This document shows, one piece after another, positions 41,725 to 54,679 of a DNA stretch of 64,000 nt (positions within the stretch are counted from its first letter, which is position 1; every line of letters starts with the position of its first letter). The notes below the pieces were generated by a model. That model had not been told where the DNA came from, searched no databases, and saw nothing but the letters and a program-made list of their open reading frames with translations. The DNA is from the human T2T-CHM13v2.0 reference genome, Homo sapiens: assembly GCF_009914755.1 (NCBI RefSeq), contig NC_060931.1; one strand, given 5' to 3'. The position numbers and the translations under genes were made by a program.

Positions 41725-42025
41725 CATAAACCTAGTTTATTTAACAAACGATTATATAATATTTACCAAATGCCAGGCACTGATGAAAGCACTTTACAAA
41801 TAGTTCATTTAATTTTCATTAAGAACCCTATGAAAAAGGTACTGTCATGATTCCCACTTTAAAAAATGAGAAGCGTGAATTACATAAAGGTTATATAATT
41901 AGCCCAATGTCACTGAGAGACTATATGTCAATTAATCGACTCCGGTACTAACAACAGATAGAACTGGGATTCTAAGCCAGTCTCTCTGGCTCTAGAGCCT
42001 ACACTCTTAATTAACTATGGCACTG
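41725..42025 (-). mobile_element. MIR SINE
   Basis: atgccaggcactgatgaaagcactttaca...gaactgggattctaagccagtctctctggctctagagcct. Confidence 0.8.
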
Positions 42026-44444
42026 TGTGGTTTCCAAGAAAGGAAAACTTTCAACCCATAGGCCCTTTACTCATGCAACCTTCTGGGCCATATGCCAAGC
42101 ACCATAAGCCCCCTTCTTGACACTTGAAGATCTATGGGAACAAGGCCTATAAACATTCAGGCTCCATGCCCAGTGGTCTCTATAGTTTGTATCACCAGTT
42201 CTCCAATCACCACCCCAAACACACATCCTACAGTGGCCACACATAGAAGCCTAACAGTTCAAGAGATGTCTGGGAAATTCCAAAAACAGAAGGCAGATGA
42301 GAAGCAGCAGGGAATTTTATCCATGAATGTCTTCACAGAAGAATCTAAATGCTGATTGAGGGCATGTTGCCCTCCATTGAGGAGAGACCAGCCCCTGCTG
42401 GCAGGAAGCTCAGCGTTGACAACAACTACTGAAAAGAAGGCGGAGAGCTTTGCCAGCTGGGGATAGACATCTGGCAAAGGATCAGAGGGGTGCCACGTCA
42501 ACGAATCCACCCCAGAGCTGGATTTAAACACATTTCCTCTTGGTGCTATGCAAGAGCTTACTGAGTCCACTATTGGAAGAATAGAGCTAAAGAAATTCAC
42601 CCAGAAGCAAATCAGTTTCAAAGTAATGAGGGCATAACTCCTAATTATGCATCATTAGAGAGCCCTCCTGACCAGAACATAACTGAGGCTGGCCAGAGTC
42701 TAGTCTGAGCATACCTTTAAAGTTTAAAATATTGAGCAACTAGGTTTTATTTAAGATTCATGTCTCCATATAAGCAAGGTGTAGGAGAGTTCCTTCACAA
42801 TCAGCTAAGTAGCTCGAATCTCTGTCACACACATACATATACACACACACACAAACAGAGTTAAAAAAAATCTTAATTTTTAATCTTAGAAAAAAGTTAT
42901 AGAGACTATTTCACTTTGACACCTAAATTACAACCTACATACTCAAGGTTTTTTTTCATTTATAGTCAAAGTAATTACAAGCTTTGATTTCCCTATGTGC
43001 CCTTGTTTGAGTGCATTTAAGTAGCAATGAAGGCTGGGTTTGGCCCTGAACTCAAACTTTCAGACCGTGAGTTTTTAAGCCCAATTGTATTTTGCATTCC
43101 TAAATTTTTCAGTTATTCCAATTCTCTGTCTTCCTTAAGGTCCCTGTAACCGCAATGAGTTCCCCTAATTCACCCAACTCCACCACACTGCTCCATGGCT
43201 CTCCCCAGACAAACTTGCTCCCTACCCATCCTACTCCACTGCTTCATAGTTCCCCCTCAGCCAGCTAATCACTCATCTTATAGGAGGCTGCTTCTGCACC
43301 CTCATTCTAATGGCCCAAGTAAATTTTATTCTCTTGCATATCTACCTAACCAGGCTTCTCTTTGATTGTCAGTTTTGTATGGCCCCTTTATTTCAACATT
43401 CTCTCAACCTCAGGTAAGAAATGCCTCTTCCATCAGACCCAGCCTTGTGGTACCTTCGGGGGGGTGGGGGTAGCAAATGGAACCACTCTGCTCTCATCCC
43501 CAAAGATGGACACCTGAGATTCTCTGCTATCAGCTCACACCTGTCAGTGAGTCCAGTTTTCTTCTTTCCTAAGGGGTTTAGACCTTGAAATGATATCATA
43601 TTAGTAGATACCAAAGTTCTATAAATTGTACAGATCTAGGAATGCTGAAATTTATAAAATTAGGATACACATCTGAGCCTTACCATAAATGTCTGTAACT
43701 AAAAAATGTATCAATATATATCCTAAGACTTAGTAGATGTAGTGAGACAAGAGTGGAAGAGAGACATGCAAGAAGTGTGAATTATCTTTGGATGACTTTA
43801 AGGAAACATTTGTCCTTGTAGGGACAATTGCAAAGTTAAGCAATGGGAATAACCTATTTGAGGAACCAATATGATGGCATGTCTTGCTATTAAAAAATGG
43901 AGCTAGCATTTCACATTATGCTCAAATTAAAGCGAGCATTTTCTTCTATCTCAAAGCCAAATTTGAGTATGACCTTGTACCCACAGCCACACAATAATCA
44001 AGAGACTACTTGTTCATAAGAAGAATAGGCTGCAAATGTAACTTCTATTGTCTTATCTTTTCATTTTTTCATAATGCAAATATGACCAATTAAAAATGTA
44101 AGTAATATAGTCCACTTATTTCTTTTCTATGAACTCCCTAACTTTGAATTTAGTTAGTTAAATTTAAAATGCCTATTTTTTTTCATTTCAACTCTAGAAT
44201 TCTTATGCTCTCTTCTGCCATTCTAAGTGGTTATTCCTCTTCATGTTTTTCCTAAGTCTTCTAATACAAATGACTGTTGTTTTGAAATTTCACATTTGAA
44301 TAAATTACGTTTATGTTTTATATTTACTGGGAAAGCAGATAGCCCAGGAAAAGTTAAAAAAAAAAACTTGTATAAAATAACTATAGAAGACTGAAGTACT
44401 TGATGTGCTTTTCTGAATTTCTATGTCCAAAAGTAAGCTGCTAC

Positions 44445-44512
44445 TGTGTGTGTGTGGTGGGGGGTGGGGGGAGGGGGCGGGTGGTGGGGAGAGAGAGAGA
44501 GTGAGAGAGAGA
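44445..44512. repeat. Compound (TG)n / G-tract / (GA)n simple repeat
   Basis: tgtgtgtgtgtggtggggggtggggggagggggcggggtggtggggagagagagagag. Confidence 0.9.
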
Positions 44513-44639
44513 TTTCATTAACTTGGGGAAAATAGTTTTAAAAACATCCTAAATTTACAGTGGAATGAAGAAAATAAAGTTTCTTTCTCTGTAATTCCCA
44601 ACTCTAGTAAACAGTGTATTTTCTCAGAGTCTGTAGAAG

Positions 44640-45010
44640 ACAATATAGCCCAGTGGCTAAAGTTTGGACCTTACAACTAGATAATAACATGTCTTTAAAG
44701 TGTTACTATGTGTCAGTCAAATATAACAATAAACCAAAAGGTAGATTGTTATTATTATTATCTACATTTTACAGATGAGAAAACTCAGGCACAGAAAGGG
44801 TGCCTGAAGTCACAGTGTTAGAAAAGTGTTAAAGCCCCTGTTCCTCCTATCCAGGTTGTCTGGCTCCATTATTCATGCTTTGAACCACTCTTCATGTTGC
44901 TTCACTTAACTTGTAATCCTGGCTCTACCATGTAGTAGCTGTGTGGCCTTAGAGAAGTACTCTCTCTGAGCCCCACTTTCCTCATCTATAAAGTAGGGAC
45001 CATAATAAAA
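44640..45010. mobile_element. Plus-strand MIR interrupted by a minus-strand MIR
   Basis: MIR head atagcccagtggctaaag, then a reverse core (attttacagatgagaaaactcaggcacaga), then aatcctggctctaccatgtagtagctgtgtggccttag...cctcatctataaag. Confidence 0.75.
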
Positions 45011-45051
45011 TATATTTCTTGTAGTAGGGGCTCAATATGATTTGTCTTCTC

Positions 45052-45115
45052 TAATTTAATTTAATTTAATTTTATTTTATTTTATTATTATTATACTTTA
45101 AGTTTTAGGGTACAT
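45052..45115 (-). mobile_element. Micro L1PA (L1PA2/3-like) 3' terminus with patterned A tail
   Basis: ttattatactttaagttttagggtacat is the reverse complement of the L1 3' end, preceded by a (TAATT)n(TTTTA)n tail. Confidence 0.8.
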
Positions 45116-45399
45116 TTGTGATAGAACAGTTGCCTGTAAAACATATATGACAGCTTTTGTGAACATTTAATAATGGACAATTTTGCAGAGCAAATCCTAA
45201 TACGGAACAACAGAGCACTGCATGCACATATGTATATAAATATGTATGCATATATTAGGCCATATTTTCCTGAATTATTTTTGCAAAATATTTCCACAAT
45301 ATTATTTGGTGGCATGTTAAATATACTAAGCACTTTTCTACCATTTTATATACTTTTCCAGAATAAATTCCTTCATCATTTCCTTTTTACTTTCTCTTG

Positions 45400-47700
45400 T
45401 AGTCTCTGTTCCACTCCCATCATTGCACAACAATTACCCTATTCGTGATCATTGATATCTTTTAGCTGCCAAATATACTGGTCTCTATTGGTCTTCATCT
45501 GGCTTAGCTTTTCAGCTAATGGAAGATGATGTATAATGGGTGTTCAGTAACAATTCACCATCATCACAACTTATAGTTAATTAATTACACATAATTAATT
45601 ACACTGTCCTAAGCCAGGCACACTCTAAAGCTCTTTTTGGTTTGCTGGATTCATCTTTTTCCACCTACCTCCATTACACATATAATTCCCCAAGGTTCTG
45701 TCCTCAGTCCTCTTTTCATTTCACTGTTTTATTTACACTTAGGGAACCTAGATCCATCTCTTCTATTAGGGTACATATACTTTAAACCTGACCTAATCCT
45801 GAATTCTAGACACTCAATTCCAAACCTCTGGACATTCTACATGAATGTTGAGAAAATACCTGTAATTCAACATGACAAAGCAGAATTCACCTCCTACAAA
45901 ACCTGTTTCTACTTTTGTATGCTCTTTCTGTTAGTGGCATCCTAATATTCAGATCTTCCAGAAGAAAACCTCAGAGGTAGTCTTAACTTCTCTCTCTCCT
46001 CAAAGTCTAGTCCTCAAATTCTGCTTACTTTACCTTTGACTTGCCCCTTAACCTCCTCTTCACTCCTGCTCTTCTCTATAACTGGTCCTAATTACTTTTC
46101 ATCTGAACCACTGTAGCTGTATTTGTAAGCCATTCTTCCTTCCTCCTGTCATCATTTTCAGTACTTTCTGTTTGCTGCCATAGTGTTCTCTTCCTAAAAC
46201 TCCTTTAGCGTTATGTCACTTCATCACTCCTCTATTTAAAAACCTTTAATAGTTTCATTTAAAATAAAGTATATTTGGGGGGAGGTACATGAGATAATTT
46301 AATTCATTCAAATAATGTACAAAGATCAAATCAGGGTAACTGTCATATACATCACCTTGAATATTTGACTTTATGCTAGAAACATTTAAATTATTCCCTT
46401 CCAGGTATTTTGAAATGTACAATAGATTATTGTAAACTATAGTTACCCTATATATCTATAGAACACTAGGTCGTATTTCTTTTTAAAACTGTACATTTGT
46501 ATCCATCATCAACCTCTCTGCATGGCCTTACCCCTCTACTCTTCCCAGCCTCTGGGGACTGATCTATTCTCTATCTTCAGGAGATCCACTTTCTAGCTCC
46601 CACATTTGAGCGAGAACATGCGATATTTGTCTTTGTGTGTTTGTCTTATTTTACTTAACATGATGCTCTGCAGTTCTATCCATGTTGCTGCAAATAACAG
46701 AATTTCATTATTTTATATGCCTGAATAACATTTCATTGTGTATATAACATTTTCTTTATCAATTCACTCATTGTTGGGCACTCAGTTAATTTTATATTTT
46801 GGCTATTGTGAATAGTGCTGCAATAAACATAAAAATGCAGATATCTTTGATATATTGATTTCCTTCCTTTTGGATATATAACCAAGAGTGGAATTGCTGG
46901 ATCAAATGGTGGTTCTATATTTAGCTTTTTGAGGAACCTCTATACTATTCTTCATAGCATCTGTACTAATTTGCATTCCTACCAGCAGTGTACAAGGGTT
47001 CTGCTTTTTATATAGCCTCATCAGCATCTATTAGTTATTCTGTGACTTTTCGATAAGAGCCGTTTTAACCGGAGTGAGATGACATCTCATTTTGGTTTCA
47101 ATTTGCATTTCTTTGATGATTAGTGATGTATATATTTTCATATACCTGTTAGCCTTTTGTATGTCTTCTTTTGAGAAATATATATTCAGATATTTTGCTC
47201 ATTTTAAAGTCAGATTATGTTTTTTGCTGCTGAGTTATTTGAGCCCCTTATAGCCTCATATTCAAAGTGCTCCACAGCTTAGCTCCTCTTTGTTAATTGT
47301 GTTCAACTTTCAACCTATGTCTCATGTAACTATCACCTTCCTCCACATATCCAGATATCCTGTGCTAACAGTTTCCCCATGAAAGCCCCATATTTTCTCC
47401 CTTCATACCTTTGCTCATGTTATTGTCTCAGTCTGACACAACCTCCAGGCCCCTCCCTACCCCCCGTCAAACCTCACCTATCCTTCAAAGCAAAATGCAA
47501 CTTAGAGCTTGTTTCCCTGTTCTTGTAGGATGCCTTTTTCTGTACTTCATTTGGTACAAAATACAGTCTCTTGTTTGAATTACATGGCCAGGGCAGCAGA
47601 AATATGTCTTAACTATCTTTATGTTTCTTACAACTTCTAGCAAAGTAGTTCTATGTACATAGAAAATGTCCAGATATTGAATTATTGAATTATTAAATTA
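45400..47700 (+). mobile_element. L2 LINE split by an L1MA insertion
   Basis: ccccaaggttctgtcctcagtcctctt and tcactcctctatttaaaaaccttt lie before the L1; cataccttt gctcatg...atattgaattattgaat lies after it. Confidence 0.7.
46265..47245 (-). mobile_element. L1MA-family 3' end (about 1 kb, 5'-truncated)
   Basis: gatcaaatcagggtaa, agctcccacatttgagcgagaacatgcgatatttgtct, ggctattgtgaatagtgctgcaataaacat, tttgcatttctttgatgattagtgatg. Confidence 0.92.
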
Positions 47701-47719
47701 GTATATATGACAACAATAA

Positions 47720-48155
47720 AAATGGGGCTCACAGACTTCCAAATATAAAGAACGTAATTGACCAAGGGCCCCTACTACTGGGTTCGGAGCTCTATGCTGC
47801 ATTTGTGCTAGGTCATGCCCCTTAGAGCTCCTTCCAGCCCATTGTAGGATGTGACAGGGACACTAAGGCAGGTCCATTCCTAGGAGACAGGAGGACTTAT
47901 CTGACAGACAACTCTGACATACAGCTATGCTGAGCCTCCTTACATCACACAAGAGTCAAGGGCACATCCACACACCAGTCTCTACTTCTCTCCCTTACTG
48001 CTGCTCTTCCTACCAATGTCTGGCATCATTCTCATGCTCTCCTAGCTTTCTCCAGTTATCTCTCCATTTTTCTCACACAGATATTTCCCCTAATAAAATA
48101 CTTACAAATTTAATCCCATTTTGGCTCTGCCTCTAAGGAGACCAGGACTGACCCA
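47720..48155 (+). mobile_element. LTR16-family (ERVL) solo LTR
   Basis: ttgaccaagggcccc, cactaaggcaggtccattcctaggagac, tttcccctaataaaatactt...atcccattttggctctgcctct. Confidence 0.7.
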
Positions 48156-48269
48156 ATTTCATGTGATGTAACTATACACTTTTTCTGAATTTTTTTAAAC
48201 CCTGTGCTACGTAAACCTTGCCTTAGTCACTACTTTAACAACAAGCTCAAATAATAGTAATAATAATAG

Positions 48270-48485
48270 CAACAACAATTAACCTTTTACTGTATGTGCA
48301 TTTTCTCATTTGTCCACAATGAGAAAAATGTGACTATTATTCCCACCATACAAGATGAAAAAAGAGTGAAAGAGGGTAACTTGCCCAAGTCACCCAGTTA
48401 ATAAAACAATGGAGCCAGGACTTAAACCCATAAAACCTAAGTCCAGAATATAATACATCTTTTTAAATACTACACTATGCTGTTA
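48270..48485 (-). mobile_element. MIR SINE
   Basis: gtaacttgcccaagtcacccagttaata...gagccaggacttaaaccca. Confidence 0.7.
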
Positions 48486-49189
48486 AGTAATTGACCTGCT
48501 AAATCAACTATGTTGATATAAGTTTGAAATCTTTGCATCCATTTAAAAAGTTATAAAGATTCAATTTATTATCTACATAGCTAATCCCAAAGTGCTCCCA
48601 AACTCCCAAACAGTATAGGATAAGCATGGACATTATATATAACTATGATTCAGGAAAATATTTTTGCTGCTACAGGCATTCATTCATTTATGAGTGACAA
48701 CCTTGTGCCAGGCAAGGGTTATGATAATAAAGGGCACTATTCTCTCTTTAAAGAGGTGAAAATTATAAAAAGAGCTCGATTTAAGCCAATATCCAACTTT
48801 AAAATGGTTCTAAACATCTGATTACCATTTACCATGTGATTGTCACAAAACAACTCTTGAATAAAAATTTCACCTCTCTACTCATTCCTGTATATTTTTT
48901 CTTGATTTAAAAGCATTGCTTTTAATAAGTGTCCCTCTGTCAGGACCGTTATGATTTCATTGGTCAGAAATGGCTAATTAGAACAGAAGGTCTCAAGCAT
49001 ATCTCCACCTTCTGGCAGGTGTCATTCTGTGTTTGTCAGTCACCCACATTAGGAAATGGAGTGGGTCACAATAAAGGTCAAATATAAATGCAAAATGACT
49101 GTTGTTAAAATCTCAAACACCAATTACCATTTCCTGGTTACCTTGGTTGCACTCATGCACATATCAAAATATTCTATTAACTCATGAAG

Positions 49190-49540
49190 TAGCAGAGAAT
49201 AGTGCAAAGATGGACTTTAACATAAGACATATTTGGGTTTACATCCTATTCTACCACTTACTGACTCAAAAGATAGGCACATTTCTTAACCTCCCTGAGC
49301 CTCTGTTTCCTTATTTGATATTTATTGTGAGAACTAAATGAGGCATTTTAAGGAAGGTGTCTTGCATTATAAGTAGATGCCCAGTAAATGCCTTTTACTA
49401 TCATTACAAGTCTATCTCCCTTGCCAGGCTGGCAGCTCCTTCCAGACCCATCTTAAGGTCATATATCCTCAGAACCTGACACAGCACCTAACACAAATAG
49501 ATGTTTAATAATTATTCATATAATGAATTAATGAATTATT
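49190..49540 (+). mobile_element. MIR followed by an L2 3' tail
   Basis: ttcttaacctccctgagcctctgtttcctt, then acagcacctaacacaaatagatgtttaataatatt. Confidence 0.65.
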
Positions 49541-50809
49541 TGTGCTCTAGATAGTGGACTCTAAAGATACAAACACATGGGTAACCTTCTGGACCAAAGC
49601 TACCTTCAGCCATGATTCATAAAAGCAATTCTAATAACTCTTGAACCTAATTCCAAAATGCTGGCTTACTCTAAAAGGTCAATATGCACAAGTTTAGAAT
49701 ACAAAGAGAAAATTTCTATCTGTCATCTTGCAATGGCATTTAAACATAAAAGGCCTGGAAAGTAAGGGTGGGGTAGAGTATGACAAAGGGAAAGCTAGGG
49801 AAATTATGAGAAAGAGACAAAATATGTAAAAGCAATGGTGATTTCATCTTTAGGAAAGAACTCACCTGAAGCACAGATTAATAAATGATAGTAGCAACCA
49901 CCTACGTGGTACTTTTCATCCTCAAAGCTCTGGATCAACAATTAACATACCTTCTTTGCATGTAAATGAAGTACACAGATGTCATTTGACAGGTGGATGG
50001 TGGATAAGTAGAGATAAAGATCCTCAAATGTATTCCCAATGTCATCTAGAAAACTCCTAAGAAAGTCAAGATGGGGCTCAGGGTTTATGGTCATCACACT
50101 TGACCTTCTTTAATGATAAGATGATGTAAAGAAAAAAAATAATTCTATGACAGAGTATGACAAAAAGAACGGAGAGAGGAGAAAGACAAAGCAGAGATAA
50201 AAAGGAGAGAAGAGAAACAAACATTTACTGAGTTCTTATGTTACTTAGTATACGTATTATTCCACTTAATCCTCAAATCAATCCTTGGTTTGGATTTATC
50301 GTCAGAAAACTAAGGATGAGAAATGGTAAGAAGTTTGTCCAAATCAGGCACCTGGTAAATGAAAAACTTGGAATTCACGCCCAGGTTTTCCTGACTCTAG
50401 AGGTCAAGATATCCTAATATCCTTATCCACAAGGTATCCACAAGGTAATGAAAGGAACCTGATGCCAGGAGGGAGTGAGCACATATGCAGGTATCTGCAC
50501 ACATGAGTCAAACAAGATCATGGAAGGGAAACACCAAGTGCAATAACCCAATTGGCCACTATTCCAGTTATATGCAAAAAAAAAAAAATAGTTTCTGCTT
50601 ATTCTTTATAAATTACAGAATTATAAGCCCAATTTGAGGCTTATAATTTACATAAGATTATAAGAAAAACTATTTCCCTTGTTGGGATAGTTTGAACTAT
50701 CCCAGGCAGGAAAAGTAAACATTTTATTTCATCTTCATATCCTCAGCACTGTTAAAGGGATCAATGACTATTTCAGATTTATAGATTAAAGATTGATTTT
50801 TCCAGTGCA

Positions 50810-51010
50810 AGTAGACACCAGAACATAGTACTCTGGAGTTGGACTACCTGGGTTCAAACTCTGACTCCTCTACTTATTAACCATGTGTACTTGAGCTAAT
50901 TATTTGATACTTCCTGCCTCAGTTCCCTCAATAGTAATATGTGTGTCAGGAGATAATAATGAAGATTGAGTGAGCCAAAGAATGTTCAAATATAAAATGT
51001 TAGCTATTTG
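50810..51010 (+). mobile_element. MIR SINE
   Basis: actctggagttggactacctgggttcaaactctgactcc...tgcctcagttccctca. Confidence 0.8.
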
Positions 51011-53229
51011 TCCCATTATAAAATGCATCACTCAGTTTTTAAGTCTGGTTCTCTTATCACTGGACTGTGCTAACTCCCCATGTAGTTTTGTTACCCTCCA
51101 TAGAACAAATAGCACTCATTTTAGTTTTGACCAAAAAGAGATGTCATTGCCAAGAAATGAACTTGATTGCTTTTAAATGTCATGTCCTCACAGTGAGATA
51201 TACCAAATTGCTCCCTCTTACTTCCATTCAAGTATGTGTGAGCAACGACTTTTATTTAAATTCATAATGGCATTTACTGCCTACAATATGATAGATACAG
51301 ACAGAGCAGAATGATAATCAGCAAGTGGCTATCATTTGATCCTGTTTTATTCTGTTCACTTTCCTTCATCCATCTCTCTTTACAAATAAGAATCTAACTT
51401 TGTCACTGATAAAAATTTACGAGACTATTACAAAGGTATTCTGAAGCTTATATTGTGCCTTTAAAATAATAAACAATAAAAAAGTATCAAATTCCCTAGA
51501 AATGATGCAGATGGTAGCATGTGGTTAGCCATTTTAGAGCAAGCCAAATGCCTTGCTCTAAAGGCAAACCACAGAAGTGGGAAATCCTCCGTGTTACTTG
51601 AAGACGTGAAACATAAGGGTTTGTCAAGGTTTACTAAACTCTAAGTGAAAAGATGGGCATCGAGGAAAGGGCTTTTGAAATATTAAAGAACAGGTAAATC
51701 TCTGCAGCACTATTGATTTCAAAAGCACGTAGGGAATATTCAGAACAGGAAGAAAACATGAAAAAGTCATTGTGAAACATTGTGCATACCATCTCCACTG
51801 TCAGTGACTTTAAGTAGAAAATACAGTATCAGCTTTAAAAAAAAAAATGCCTCACTAAGGGTATTTTATTGATGTGTGTTCATTTACTAGAGGCCTCTTA
51901 ATTCTCATGGGTTCCTAAAACTGTCAGAAATCCTACAAGTGTGAATAGTGTTTTATAAGCAAAATTAATGTCTTCATTGCTGAATGTGATATTTTAGCCT
52001 TTAAATGTGCCTTATTAGCAGGGTTTTATAAAAATGGAAATGTAGATCTGTTACCATTTACATACTTCAGCTTGGCTGACCTTAAGATATTATTTCAGTC
52101 TGGCATTTATCTTGGTATCATAAAGCAAGCACTCTCATCCATGCATGAATTCCACATCACAATTTATCTAAACTAGCCACCACCTAAGATTTGAATGTAA
52201 AGACCTAGTCAATTAAATAAACACTGGAAAACATTATACTGTTTGCTTTCAGATTTATTATAATCTGACCCATTGAATAAGAATGATACATGTTGTGTGT
52301 GTATGTGTGTGTTTGAGACAGAGAGAGGAAAGGCAGGATTTGAAAGGATACTCTGCCTTTTCTTGGTTAATCTCAGACATCATTTCTGCTAGAAATAGTC
52401 ATTTTGTTTCCAAACACTTGAAGCTAATTGCTGGTTTGCTAGGGGAGGATAGGGGTGTTATTTCCAATGACACTGATGCTGAGCACAGTTGTTTCAACAT
52501 TCTCTCACAGTCACCACCTGCCTCTGTAAGGCAAGTCTGCATAGTGGGAGAGATGGTGTAGAGAAAAGAGTGTCAAACTAGAAATCAGAACACCCGGGTG
52601 ACAGTAGCATTAACATTTATTACTTAATTTGTGGCCAAAAGCAATTCAACCCCTCAAAACCTTGGCATTGTACATTAAATACAGAAAGTTGAAATAAACA
52701 TTACTGAAAAAACTTACAATTCTAAACTTCTCTTGTAAGAATCATTTGCTTGGCAGAAACAGTGAGGCCCACCTATATTTTATAAATGAGATTAAAACTG
52801 AATCGCCACTGCTTTTGAGCTCTGAATGACACTGACTGTCTGGCAAGGTAGAATTGAAAACATTTCTGAATTCATTTGGAAAGAAAACGACTTTAATATC
52901 CTGGACCTTGGAACAATACCTTTAATAAACAAGGCTGTTCTACTTTGGACTGACCAAGGAAAACATTTCAATAAACTACTCATCTATATAAAGAAGGTTC
53001 TGATCCAAGCAGTTCTGGGGGAAAAAAAAGATGTAGTGAAAAAATACTTGCTTTTCTTATTTAGGGTAATACAAATATACAGAAAAAACTGAATTCCAGA
53101 AAGAGAGTATGAATACTTTAGTTATTTAGTATAAAATCAAAGTCCCTAAATATTTTCAGTCTCTTGAAAATTAAGAAACCAGTAGGCTATAAACAAAGTT
53201 TTTCTACTCTCCATTCTCTGGGAAGTTTC

Positions 53230-54450
53230 TTCATACATCTATTTAGCAAAATTTTGATCATCTCTAATATTTCTGACAGTGTACCAGGCATATAAAGATA
53301 AGTCACATGTGGACCTACTCCTAAAGAGCTGACAGTCCAGGAAAGCAGACCTGTGAACAAGAAATTATTGTGCAATGTAATAAATGCTTTGATAGGCATT
53401 TATACAAAATGTAATAGAACACAATGGATTAAGGTGGACTTATTGGGTCTAGAGTTCTCTAAGAATGTAACATTTTATAACTTGAGAATAAATCATAAAT
53501 CAATTGTGGAAGGAAGGAAGAAGGGGATGCTATTCTTTCAGTATGACATAGCACTGACTATGTGTCAAGGAGTGAGAAAGACAAATACTGAGCAACTAAT
53601 TATAAGAATGATGAGTGAAGCAAAAGAGAAGTATGATAAAAGAGCATCTAACAGGACAATCTAGTTAGACTGGGAAATCATAGAGGACTATTCCATGAAA
53701 CCTTACAAGCTGCCTTAAGGAGGATGAGTAGGACTTAGCTGGTCATAAAGCCAATGACACTAGCATGACTGAGGTCCTGATGTGTGAGGAAGGATGGCTT
53801 GCTCACAAAACTCAATAAAGAATATGGTGGCTGTGGAGTAGATTACAAGGATAAAAGTAGTATAAACTATCAGAAAAGTCAGCAAGCACCAGATCTGGAA
53901 AGACCTCATAGGCCACAGGAACATCCTACAGATAATAGATTGGGATAGAACAACCATGGAAAGAGATCAGTTATCACAGTAGTCCAAAGGAGAGATGATG
54001 GTGGTCTGGACTAAAATGGTAGAAACAAGGATAAGAAGATGATGATAAAGTCAAATAAGTCAGAAAACAGATCAGACCTTGGTAATTGAATGTGAGGGAT
54101 AAAGAAAAATGAGGCTTTTACGATAATTCCAGGGTTTCTTCAATGAGAATCTGGCAGGACACTGAGATAGAGGCTACTGGAAGAAAACTACAGATGGAAA
54201 GGAGGTAACATCAAGTGTATCATGTGGGGCATGTTGTACTTCAGGTACCAGCAAGGCACTAAAATGAGGGTACCATTGAGCAGTTGATTAAAATAGCTTT
54301 AGACATCAGAAGATGAATGAAAGTTGGAATAGTGATAAGTAAAGTCATGGGAGTGGATAAGAGTGAATTTGAAACTGAAAGTGTAAAACACATTTACATA
54401 CACTGATATAGAATACCAGGAAACTGGAGAAAGTTAGAGAGGCAATAGCC
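53230..54450 (-). mobile_element. L2 LINE fragments
   Basis: catacatctatttagcaaaa...gtaccaggc, cagtagtccaaaggagagatgatggtggtctggactaa. Confidence 0.7.
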
Positions 54451-54679
54451 TAGATATCTTGGCCGTGCCATGAGATATGACAGAGTCCAGAGCCTCCTTC
54501 TGAATTCATCTACCCTATACCCTTACTACTTATCCCCTTCTCAATTTTCATTCTGCCAGAGAGCCCCACAGAGCAAAGCATCAAGGTAAATCAAATATGA
54601 ACTAGCGCAGTGTATCACTGTGTAGATCACAAATATTCAATGCCTTAAATACGTCCACTTAGAATTTGTATGAAAGTGT

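Noticed and set aside
42259-42621. 120-aa minus-strand ORF as a coding exon
   Set aside because: No convincing splice sites bound it, it has no ATG start, and I recognise no domain in it.
43373-43413. Plus-strand 41-nt exon (tgtcag|...cag|gtaaga)
   Set aside because: It is an isolated motif pair on the opposite strand to the better candidates and cannot be distinguished from chance.
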